Part shown: positions 1 to 10,350 of the stretch, piece by piece
Position numbering within the stretch: position 1 is the first letter of the stretch
Layout of the letters: each line of letters begins with the position of its first letter
Assembly: GCF_000743755.1 (NCBI RefSeq)
Contig: NW_014569448.1
Location: 1-34,800, forward strand
Reading direction: 5' to 3'
Source of the DNA: Blastocystis sp. subtype 4
Taxonomy: Eukaryota
DNA length: 34,800 nt
Position numbers and translations under genes: made by a program
The notes under the pieces: generated by a model
The model's database searches: none
The model's input: only the letters and a program-made list of their open reading frames with translations
What the model was told of the DNA's origin: nothing

Positions 1-528
1 ACTCGTGATACTCCGGATCTACTCACTACACAAATTAGATTGTATATCCCACTCACACGTACAGTAAGAACCGATTCCTCTTCTCAAAACAGCCTGCATA
101 GCTCTAGGTTGTGCGTTCTGATTATGATTGTCGTTGTACCACTGATTCTGCATTTTTCTGCACTGTGCTACAATCAGATACTACTATGTATCCTTAATCT
201 ATTGATATGTTGCACATCAGAAGCAGATGATAATGAGGGTACTAGTAGAGATAGAATGGTATGGAAGGGGATAGTGTCGATAATATCCCAGAAGTGTTGT
301 AACCATTCTAAGAAAGAAGATATCAGGGAATGAGAACTCGATGGCTTGATGATGATCAATTGTGTTCCATCACTCAATACTTGTGAAACTGACTGTATGT
401 AATCGTAGTACTGTACTTTTTATCACTAAATCTAGATAATCATGATGAATCAAGTTAAACACATTTAAATACACTTAAAATAACCGTGGAAGTATAGTTA
501 ACCAATCAAATGGCGCAGGTGCTTCCAT
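1..528 (-). CDS. hypothetical protein, 5' part (runs off the window)
   Basis: ATG at 528 (MEAPAPFDWLTILPR), an intron acceptor near 431, then the open frame seen as ORF 174..377. No recognisable domain. Confidence 0.35.
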
Positions 529-589
529 AGACTACCATTTAAGTGGTTGACAGTCATATTTAATTTAATTTGATTTAAAGTGAAGTACA

Positions 590-1719
590 ATGGAAGCTGA
601 AAACAATATGAACTGCAACTGTGAAGGATCCTGCAAGTGTTGTAAGCAATGCGAGTGTGGAAAGGACAACAAGTGTTGTGAAGGATGCAGGTGTGGTGAA
701 GGATGCAAGTGTGGCAATGACTGTAAGTGCACTAAGGACAACAAATGTTGTGAAGAATGCAAGTGTGGTGAAGAGTGCCATTGTTGTGAAGAATGCAAGT
801 GTGGCAATGATTGTAAGTGTACTAAGGGCAACAAATGCTGTGAAGAATGCAAGTGTGGCGAAGGATGCAAGTGTGGTGAAGAGTGTCATTGTTGTGAAGG
901 ATGCAAGTGTGGTGAAGAGTGCCATTGTTGTGATGAATGCAAGTGTGGCAATGATTGTAAGTGCACTAAGGACAACAAATGTTGTGATGAATGCAAGTGT
1001 GGTGAAGGATGCAAGTGTGGTGAAGAGTGTCATTGTTTTGTAAGTGTACTAAGGACAACAAATGTTGTGATGAATGCAAGTGTTGTGATGAATGCAAGTG
1101 TTGTGATGGTTGTGATGAATGCAAGTGTTGTGATGAATGCAAGTGTTGTGATGAATGCAAGTGTGGCAATGATTGTAAGTGTACTAAGGACAACAAATGC
1201 TGTGAAGAATGCAAGTGTGGCAACGAGTGTCATTGTTGTGAAGGATGCAAGTGTGGCAATGATTGTAAGTGTACTAAGGACAACAAATGCTGTGATGAAT
1301 GCAAGTGTGGCAACGAGTGTCATTGTTGTGAAGGATGCAAGTGTGGCAATGATTGTAAGTGCACTAAGGACAACAAATGTTGTGATGAATGCAAGTGTTG
1401 TGATGAATGCAAGTGTTGTGATGAATGCAAGTGTGGCAATGATTGTAAGTGTACTAAGGACAACAAATGCTGTGAAGGATGCAAGTGTGGCAACGAGTGT
1501 CATTGTTGTGATGAATGCAAGTGTGGCAATGATTGTAAGTGCACTAAGGACAACAAATGCTGTGATGAATGCAAGTGTGGTGAAGGATGCAAGTGTGGTG
1601 AAGAGTGTCATTGTTGTGAAGGATGCAAGTGTTGTGATGAATGCAAGTGTGGCAATGATTGTAAGTGCACTAAGGACAACAAATGTTGTGATGAATGCAA
1701 GTGTGTTCATACTAATTAA
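590..1719 (+). CDS. very long modular metallothionein-like Cys-rich protein (frameshift at ~1037-1040)
   Basis: Frame 590-1039 reads MEAENNMNCNCEGSCKCCKQCECGKDNKCC...; it continues in the frame of ORF 1027..1719 to ...CKCVHTN*. CxC/CC motifs throughout, mostly C, K, G, E, D, N, and no aromatic residue except the F at the junction. Confidence 0.8.
650..1705 (+). repeat. coding tandem repeats (modules CKCGNDCKCTKDNKCC, CKCGEECHCC, CKCCDE)
   Basis: About 11 copies of the K(D/G)NKCC module with near-identical nucleotide units such as tgcaagtgtggcaatgattgtaagtgYactaaggacaacaaatgYtgtga. Confidence 0.95.
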
Positions 1720-1755
1720 ACCATCACTTCTTAATATTATGTCTTTCATTTTACA

Positions 1756-1771
1756 TGTTTCTTAAGAAACA
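1756..1771. terminator. bidirectional poly(A) element, perfect palindrome TGTTTCTTAAGAAACA
   Basis: TGTTTCTT (a variant of TGTTTGTT) on each strand between the convergent metallothionein and DENN genes. On the minus strand it reads TAA-TC-TGTTTCTT. Confidence 0.65.
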
Positions 1772-1773
1772 GA

Positions 1774-4700
1774 TTACTGATTGAACAAACGAATAACTGC
1801 TGATAGAATTTGATTTGCAAACTCATCCGCAACTCCCAAATCAACCATCAAATCACTTATATATATTACACCTCTGGAAATGATATCAGAAGAAATCGAA
1901 TTAAATGACAAATCTAATTCATTCATTGTTTCTGTTGTAGTTGGAGTAGTATGACTCGCTCGAAGATTTTCATTATCATCTGTAGACTCATTCCTCAAAC
2001 GACGATCTGGTTCTCTCCATACTACCCAATCAATCTCCATCCATCATTCTACTCTCTGATAAGGAATTCATTCGATTCGATAGATAATTCTTATTCAAAC
2101 ATGAGTACTGCAATGAATAGGCAGGCTCATATCCAGAACAAAAGTCCAATAATAACTCTTTCCAAAACCCCACCTTTGTGTACATCTCATGCGAACAAAG
2201 ATATCCATACAGAGGGAATCGATGGTCAGAATCATTTACAATAAAGACAGAAGCAATCTTATGAAGTTTCAGAGCACTGAGATAATCTCTTTGTCTTACA
2301 CAGACTCTGATAGTGATAAGATGCATGAATTATTACGAGAGGAATGCTTTGAATAGAAATTGTAATGAAATAGCTGTATTGGCCGAAATGTGATGATAAG
2401 GTGATAGAAATGATGATGGTTGATAAAGAATCCGAAGGAAGTCATGGCGAGATGTCTGTTCGATAAATGATTCTATCACAAATCCATGAAGATCTGATAC
2501 ACAATCCGCTTGACGCTCTAAGAGATAATGACTCAATAATCGATTCATTGCATTCATAATAGGATGAGAAAATACTTCTGTGATTTTGAGATCATTTATG
2601 GATTCAACAGTTTGTGAATGAGATAATAGATCATTAGTTCCATCTTTCAGTAATACTGATTCAGTTACTGAATCCTGAATTTCAGTTAATGAGATTGTTA
2701 ATGAAGATTTGGTTCGTGATAATGAAGATGAAAGACTTAGAAATGGCTTAATCTCTCCAAGTACTATCTCTCAATGATTCTCAAAATCTATACAAGAAGG
2801 AGTGAGAGGAGGAAATTGGTGAGATGAGAACGATAAAGCTGGATACTGGAGAATCCGTTTAGTTCCACTTCTAATAACTGGTATATAGTTATGATCGTAT
2901 TGTTAATCAACGACTACTAAACAGATTCAAGGATATCATATAACGAATAAATTCACTATATTGGGAACTCCAAAAATGATCAGTAAACATTGCAAAACTC
3001 TATCATTCATAGTAATCTCAATTCCAACTTGTGTACCAAGTAACCTCTCATAGAAGCAATGATACTCTTCACTCACTTCATTTGCCAAGTATCCCAGAGT
3101 ATTGAAAAGACAAACATTTCCTAGTAGAGTGTACAGATAATGAGAAAACGAAGGAAGAAGCATCCAATAGAAAGAAGAGATAATTGCTTTGCAACGAGTA
3201 CAGAAGATAGAGTCAGGGAGTGTTACGTCCAGTTGTTCTAATGAGTTAATTCTAATGATAAAATAAAGAAGAAGACTATACAACCAACGTCTGGCATCCG
3301 CTGGGATATGAGGAGTTGGAATCGAACATTCATCATGAAGGAAGATGGTATCCACATCTTCAGGTATAAGTTCCTTCACATACGAATAGGTTCTTGATGA
3401 TGTCCCAAATACAAAAGGTGATGGAGTATCAATTAAAACTGGTAAGAGATAATAAGGAACGATAGGAATGAATGCATGAGGCCATGAATAAGGAAGTAGA
3501 AGAAGAATCCCTTCCAAAATTACCTAGGTTAAAATCATTCAAAGTGAATACAGATAAGAGTGTGATCTTATTAGAGACTAGAAGTATTTTCTCTTCCAAT
3601 AATAACAAAAGAAGAATGTTAACAATACTATCAACATTCATTAGTTCAAAAAGGGTTTTCAAACAGGATACTAAGATGATAATAATGGTCAAGAGAATTA
3701 CTATTTTGAAGTTGATTATTGTTATATGGTACAGAAAGGGTTGTTGATTCATCACCAATCTGAAATTGAACTCCAAGAACTCCAGGAATAGGTCGAAGAC
3801 AATCACATACCAAGAATTGTAACAATTGTTCTGTGACTTTGTTCTCATTCTGTGCAAGTACTCGCATCATGGAAGAAAGAAGAGAACAGAGATGAATGGG
3901 AGACGCTGTCTTTGACAGCATGAACAAACAAGCAGGAACAAGAATATCAATCTCTTTAGCATCATGACTGGTTGTAGGTAAATGAGAACAAGAACAAATG
4001 AAATTAGGATGTTGTTCGACAGTCTTTTGAATGAAGAACGACATCCAACAGCAATAATATACAGACGAACCATTACACAGAAGAGAATAGTGTGTGGTTG
4101 GTTCTAGTTCACTCACAAAATAATGTCCAGTTAATGAGTCTTCCTTCTTCGCCTGATCACAACCCACTCGATCCAACAAATAATCAAACAAATATGTGTA
4201 TTCCAAAATTGTGATCTATTTATGAATCTCTCTTCTTATCAGTACCAAAAACACAGTATACATCAGATCGTTCTGATTGGAAGTAGTCTGATTCAACTTA
4301 CTATTCCAAATGAGAGGAAAGAAGAACTGAGCAGCTTCTTCAACGCCATTCTGAATTAGATCAATTGGTAACATGAGTAAGGAACGATATTTGAATCCCA
4401 TTCGATCGTAGTATTCAGTTAACGAATGTAATGACTCTACTGACATACAAGGATGATCAGGAAGACGAATCAACTCAGGTTCATCTTCATTACTTTCTAT
4501 TCCTGGTTGGGTTGTGAGAACAGTAGAAACAGAAGAATCATCAGAAGAATCAGATTCATCAAACACAATACTACCATCACGATTGCTTTGAATGAATACA
4601 AGAATGAAGGAAATCAAATAGAAATAGAGAAGGAGCTGAGATTCAGGCATGTCTTGAAATGTCTTCTTGATAAGGTTGAGAACGATTAATGGAACGTGAT

Positions 4701-5610
4701 TATTTCGAATATCTTCAGCACTAATACGATTTAGGATACGTTGAGAACTTAACGGAATCAAAGGAGACTACAGGTGAAAGAACGATATGAAATATACTTG
4801 ACGAGACAAGAGTGTTGCAACTGCTGCTAGAACTTCTTCGGGAAGAAAATCGGCTTGATCCATTGCTGCCAAATTCAGATATACTTTTCTATTGGATATT
4901 TCTTCTTGTTTACATTGATTGAGAGTATTTAAGACAATATGTAATCGTTCTTGGGAAGGTGGTTTTGATGTAAAGAGAGAGTTGCACGGAAAACACGCAA
5001 TAAGATATTCAATTCCAGCAAGAATATCTTTTGGAATACTTTTGAAAATGAGAGGAGGAATTGCTCGTTGGAGGTGAATCCCATCTATCAGTCAAGAAAC
5101 TGGAATTTAATTACTAGGAAGACAAAACCATTCAATTCGATTGGGAATATTCTCAGTATCCTCCTTACATGACACAAAAGAAAGAAGGGATGGAGTTTGC
5201 TTGAGAGAAATCGAGAATGGAAGCGGAAACGATGTCCAAGACTGTTGTTTTGGATCATATCCAGCAAAACCAATATAATCCACTAGTCCATGTTCAACAG
5301 TGTCTACAATCAAAACTATCATTTTCACATACATCGATCAGTTGTAGTGTCAATTGCATCATTAACACCTCGATCTGAACTATCAAATAATTAGTGCAAA
5401 CATAAGATACGAAAAGATAAATTTTGACACTTCTTCTCGTTTCCGTCGAGCAGATCTAGTCATAACGAGAATGCAACTCAAATACCTAAATTGAAGAGAG
5501 TTGATACTGTATCTCTAGAGTGTGACAAGAGGAATAACAACGGTTACCAAACGGGATGGAATGCCTCTTACCCTTTCTGTAGTTGTTTGTTCCCCTTCTT
5601 GACTACTCAT
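1774..5610 (-). CDS. DENN-domain protein (putative Rab GEF), multi-exon
   Basis: cDENN motifs LLLLLLEEKILLVSNKITLLS and LLPYSWPHAFIPIVP...DTPSPFVFG; dDENN-like GTQSFAMF after splicing; uDENN-like IEWFCLP and AAQFFFP. Probable start MSSQEGEQTTTER at 5610, stop at 1774-1776. Confidence 0.85.
2897..2936 (-). other. U12-type AT-AC intron (40 nt)
   Basis: Minus strand ATG|ATATCCTTgaatctgtttagtagtcgttgattaacaatAC|GAT CAT AAC. It has the ATATCCTT donor, a TTAAC branch-like site and an AC acceptor, and its removal restores the DENN frame. Confidence 0.75.
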
Positions 5611-5684
5611 GAGTGATTATTCAGGGAATCAAATCCTGACGCTTACTGGATTCACTAAGAAATGGCGCAATGCCGAATTGGCGC

Positions 5685-5692
5685 AACAAACA
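5685..5692 (-). terminator. TGTTTGTT poly(A) element of the GT61 gene
   Basis: AACAAACA on +, 7 nt after the TAA at 5700-5702 on the minus strand. Confidence 0.7.
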
Positions 5693-5699
5693 AGAAAGG

Positions 5700-7397
5700 T
5701 TACAATGACAACTTCATGGAATACTTCTGTTCTAAAACGACTGTTCTTGCCCTCCACAACAAGATCATGGTATCTTGGGTAGATACCGTTAGATTTTGAT
5801 CTCGAGTTCCTTTTGTGTAGCATTCAAACGAGTCAGGACGTTTTTGACACACCTTAGATAGTGGTCCTGTTGTAGGTAATAAAAAATGATTCAATCCAAG
5901 TGAGGTGACATACTGCTTATATTGATCATCTTCCCAAAATGGAGGATCGATCTCGATTACAGCACTCTTTGGAAGCATAAAAAGGGCATTCACCATTTCG
6001 GATCCATATACAGCTAACAGAATATCAGAATACATGAATAGCCGTATTTGATCATCGACTGTTAATTCCTCAATGCGAAAGGATTGCAGATGAACCTATA
6101 CATTATCACAACACAAAGTCCTTACAAAAGGGTCAATACGGGACACTAATTCACTTTTCAATTCATTGTAATTCTGAATTACTCGATGTTGTGTGCGTAA
6201 AGGGAAGGAGCAAATCACAGATTTCCTCTCTTGATAGTTGGGATACGCATGGGCATATACATATGCTGCAGCTCGCATCATTGCAGCAGTCAAAGGTGTG
6301 GAGAAGAATCGGCCATCGGCCTCAGGTTGCCAATCACGAATTAATACCTACAACAGAGAACATGAACACAAATACCATCCATCGATCACAGACATTTGAC
6401 TGGGAAGGTAGGAGTGAGCTATCAAGAGAAATCACTTGAGGTCGCTCTGAAGAAGGGAAAAAGGAGAGCATTCTATCCAGCATAAACTGATTAAACATCG
6501 ACAAATCGCTCTCACTTCCTCCGAGTAAGAGTAGATTGTGGATCTATTTGTGAGGTAGGATATAGGCTCCAACAGAAGGAAAGAGTTCTGAATGGAGCGC
6601 AATATACGATAAAATAGATGAACCCTCTAAAAACTGATACCTATTGGAAAGCGAAGGAGGATGAAGAATGGCCAAATGCAACGGTGTTGAAACTAACTTA
6701 CTTTGTTGAAGAGGTGTTCTGAGTACACGGACAGTATTGTCTACAGTGCATTTGACAGAACAAAGATACAATAGAAATCCTTTCGACCGTACTTTGCAAG
6801 CAGATCTGATAGAACACGTTCATCATCTAGATGAAGGGTAATGAACTCATCTTTGGTATTGATGCATACATTGGTAACAATCGCATAGCTAGAGCTAGCA
6901 ATGATTCTACTGTAACCATTGGATCTATAAGTCAAGTTGTTCCCTCTTTATCACTTTTCCCACAGATTCTTAACAAAACCGTCTTGATCCCTAATTATCA
7001 AAACTCCTCCATAGGAATACAATGGCTTACTCTGTTGAATGAGTTGCTTGACACTCTGATACTCTTCCATCCATGTTACAGATCGGAAATCAAAGGCTCT
7101 TTCTTCATCTTCTGTTGTGTCTGGGTCATAGAAAAAGGAATAATGGGGTTGACTGGATGTAGGTATCGAATACTGAGAAGAATAATCTTGAAACCGGTTT
7201 ACATTCATATTTCCATCCCAAATTCCAGAAGATACTTGTTCGGAAACCATTGATCCTGAAGTTGAAGAATTTATAGCATCACTGAGTAGAATATGCTGAA
7301 TGTAGTACTTTCCAACGGTTGTAATACAAAAAAGAAAGAGACCCATCCATATTACTGCAATGATAGAAAGAGTAATAACATATCGCTGTTCACCCAT
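5700..7397 (-). CDS. glycosyltransferase family 61-like type II membrane protein
   Basis: N-terminal TM (YVITLSIIAVIWMGLFLFCITTV), RVIQNYNEL, and the C-terminal GT61 signature DILLAVYGSEMVNALFMLPKSAVIEIDPP. Several ~30-nt introns. Confidence 0.75.
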
Positions 7398-7537
7398 TCC
7401 CCACTTGGAATGCCTCTTATACCTCGTAATCAAGAAACGAATAGGATTGCCGAAATATCTACGAAAAGTGTCGCGAATAATAGGTTGTCGTAACCACTCC
7501 TTTCTTGAATAGTGAGTTTGATAAATACCAAATTCAA

Positions 7538-9112
7538 ATGTCAGCAAGTTCTGATAAGAGAATGTCCATCTGGACCTTTCTGGCACCTCACGATTCTGAC
7601 TGCGATGTATACGCACAATACGTATGGGTAATATGTAGATATTCAACGAAGAGATTTCAAAGTGGATTTCTGCCGTAGTTGGTAAAGAAGTTTCGAGTGA
7701 TTTAGTATCTGAATTGAAGGACGGAGTAGTAAGTTGAAATTGTTGCTAGTGAATGGTAGATTTTATGTGAGTTGTTTTCGATACTGTGCCCTGAAATCGA
7801 ATTGGGTCGTTACAATAAGTATGCAAGTTTGTCTATTTTAGAATCGTAATGGATAGCTCTTGATTTGTGGAAGAGAGACAACATCCAAATTTTCGCTAAT
7901 GCGACTGTGAAGTATGGAGTTCCTCGTTCAGCAAAATTAAACTACACTTTCTTTGAGAACAATAATGTAGGAATCTGTTTCTACTATCAGATTCAGAATG
8001 CGTCAATCATCACAAGTATTTTGGTCTTTGTAAAGGTCTTGCTTGAAAAGAAGTCTCCAGAAGAAATCAAACTTCCCGATTCATTCCTCCATTCTAGTTT
8101 AGATGATTGTTTTCTCTAATCGTTAGTCTGTCGGGAATATTTGGAGAAACGAATTATTCACAATTCAGCATCAGGCGAACCCATACTATCATTACCAGCA
8201 GAACCAGAATCCGCACCTTCAGAAGAGAGCGAAGTACCTATTCCAACAAATATACCTACAGCGGAGATGTCAGCAGAAGAGATTCGCCAATTGGATGAAC
8301 TGATGCGTAATCAAGTGAATGAGATGCTTCAAGATATCTTAGCAGAGAGACGCCGTACTACTGGATTATGGGATGAAGAAATTGATGGGAAGGGGGATGT
8401 TAAATCAGTGATCGCCGAAGAGACTGACAGTGAGGATTCGTTTGAAGAGAAATACGTGCGATATTCGGGAGAGACGGAAAAGATGGCGAAGAAGGCTGAG
8501 ACTGAAGAGGTGGCGAAGGAGACTGAGACGGAAGATGAGTTGTATGCAGATTCTGAAGTGGAGGAAGAGAACGAAGAGGTGAACAATGGAGAGAACGAAG
8601 AGAAGACTGAAGAGAACGACGTAAAGATTGAAGAGAAGGAGGACTTGAATATTGAGGAGGCGAAAACCGGACAGCCGGAGATAATAGAATCGACTCCAGA
8701 ACACTGTTCTCCTTTCCAACATGCTGATGCCAGTGTCATGGAGATGATGCTACAGCAGCCACTCGATGACTTCTTTGATGATGAAGATGAGTCTTCAATT
8801 ACTGTAACGAATGAACTGACTGATACTGAGCATAATGTATCTTCTCAGCCCATTGAATCGAATGAATCTGTTCCAGTTACGAATGAACCTTCTCAGACTA
8901 TTGAAGTTACAGAATCTAACCTAACTACAACTGCTAATGAACCAGGGGTCACTACAGAACCTGTGAAGTCATCTGAAGAAGAACCTAAGAAGGAGAAACC
9001 TTCAACTGGATTTTGGTGTAGGGTTTGAGAAGAAGCATAAGATGTAGGGAAAACGTCTCTTCTTGCTGCTGCTGTGGCGACTGTTGTGTTAGCGAAACGC
9101 TTCCATCATTAA
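7538..9112 (+). CDS. calponin-homology (CH) domain protein with acidic linker and C-terminal tail anchor
   Basis: Spliced reading EEISKWISAVVGKEVSSDLVSELKDGV|ILCELFSILCPEIELGRYNKYATLDLWKRDNIQIFANATVKYGVP (intron 7729-7759 and others) matches the calponin/transgelin CH consensus. An E/D/T-rich region follows. Intron 9018-9047 gives ...FWWKTSLLAAAVATVVLAKRFHH*. Confidence 0.75.
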
Positions 9113-9170
9113 TTGTAATTTGCTAGTTTATTGTTTCCATCTTCTGTTGGATTAACAAACACAATTATCG

Positions 9171-10350
9171 ATGATACGTTCTGTTCTCATTGTCTCAGGA
9201 GGAGCTATGGGATCTCTATTTAGTGGATTTCTGTCAGCTGCTTCTCGGAAATCGGCAACTAGACTTGATGTTGTTATATCATGGTTTACTCATTGATCAG
9301 ATTATTCTGAGGGCAAATTGGAAGGATCACAGGAATAATATCCAGAAAGAGGGTCTCCATATTCATCCTCGATCAGAAGAAACGAAGAATCTATGGATGA
9401 ATATTGAGAAGAGTTGTAACATTCCTGGAGACTGGAGTGAGGCAACTGTAAGGGTGAATGCGGTGGATGATTCCATTTTTGACAAGCATAGTCCAAATTA
9501 TCAAATGGTTGATTCTGTAACTTTACTCTGTCAATAGTAATTCATAGGTACTACTCTTAGACAAATCCTGTTTCACAGAACAATGTGCGCAACTAATCCA
9601 AAATGTTCTTTCTGAAAATGGGATGTGCCTTACTTTGCAAAATGGAATGGGAAATGTATCGATTCTGCAACGAGTGCTGGGGAAGGATCGTGTTTTGCAG
9701 GGCAGCACATCTCAGGCGGCTATGATTGATAAAGCTGGAACTGTTGAACATACAGGTATCGGATACATCAAGATTTCGGCTCCAACAGAGTCAGGAAAGG
9801 CAGTAGCCGATTGGTGGGTCCAAACACTTTCATCGGTAGGACTAGAAGCAACTCTAGCAGGAAACGATTTCCAGCGAGTCTTGTGGGAAAAACTGATTAT
9901 CAACTCAGCAATTAATCCCTTGACGTCTCTGTATGGTGTGAAAAACGGAGAACTCCGAAGTAGTCAAGAACTCACTTCACTCATGCAGGATGTAGGAGTT
10001 GTCTGATTTATTGACTCTAGATTGTGAGCGAAGGAGTTGGTATTGCCAAAGCGAGTGGGATTCAATTAGCTGAAGCTGAGATGTATGAGAAGACTTTGCT
10101 CGTTTGTAAGCAAACAGCAGGAAATATTAGTTCTATGTATTCAGATATTCGAAAAGGACAGAAAACAGAGATTGACTTCATCAATGGCTACATTGCTTCT
10201 GTTGCTGATCAATTGAGGATTGATGCTCCTGTGAACAGATTTATTACACGTTTAATTAAGGCAAAAGAAGAACTAGTTATAGATCCTCCGGATTCCTGTA
10301 CCCTTGGATCAAAGAACTGTAAACACTTGGTTGTTTTCTCAAACACATAA
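9171..10350 (+). CDS. panE: 2-dehydropantoate 2-reductase (ketopantoate reductase, PanE/ApbA family)
   Basis: Rossmann start MIRSVLIVSGGAMGSLFSG, then LTLQNGMGN, WEKLIINSAINPLTSL and SSMYSDIRKGQKTEIDFINGYI. Introns 9270-9300, 9517-9547 and 9992-10020. Confidence 0.9.

Noticed and set aside
565..1765. Several long alternative-frame and antisense ORFs, and a CRISPR-like periodicity
   Set aside because: These are shadows of the Cys-codon tandem repeat. There are no unique spacers or cas genes, and the context is eukaryotic.
3923..3930. Minus-strand TGTTTGTT inside the DENN CDS as a gene end
   Set aside because: The base at the expected cleavage position is not a codon-initial T, and the DENN domain continues downstream.
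7865..8119. SufE-like resemblance of KSPEEIKLPDSFL
   Set aside because: The spliced upstream exons show this segment follows a CH domain.
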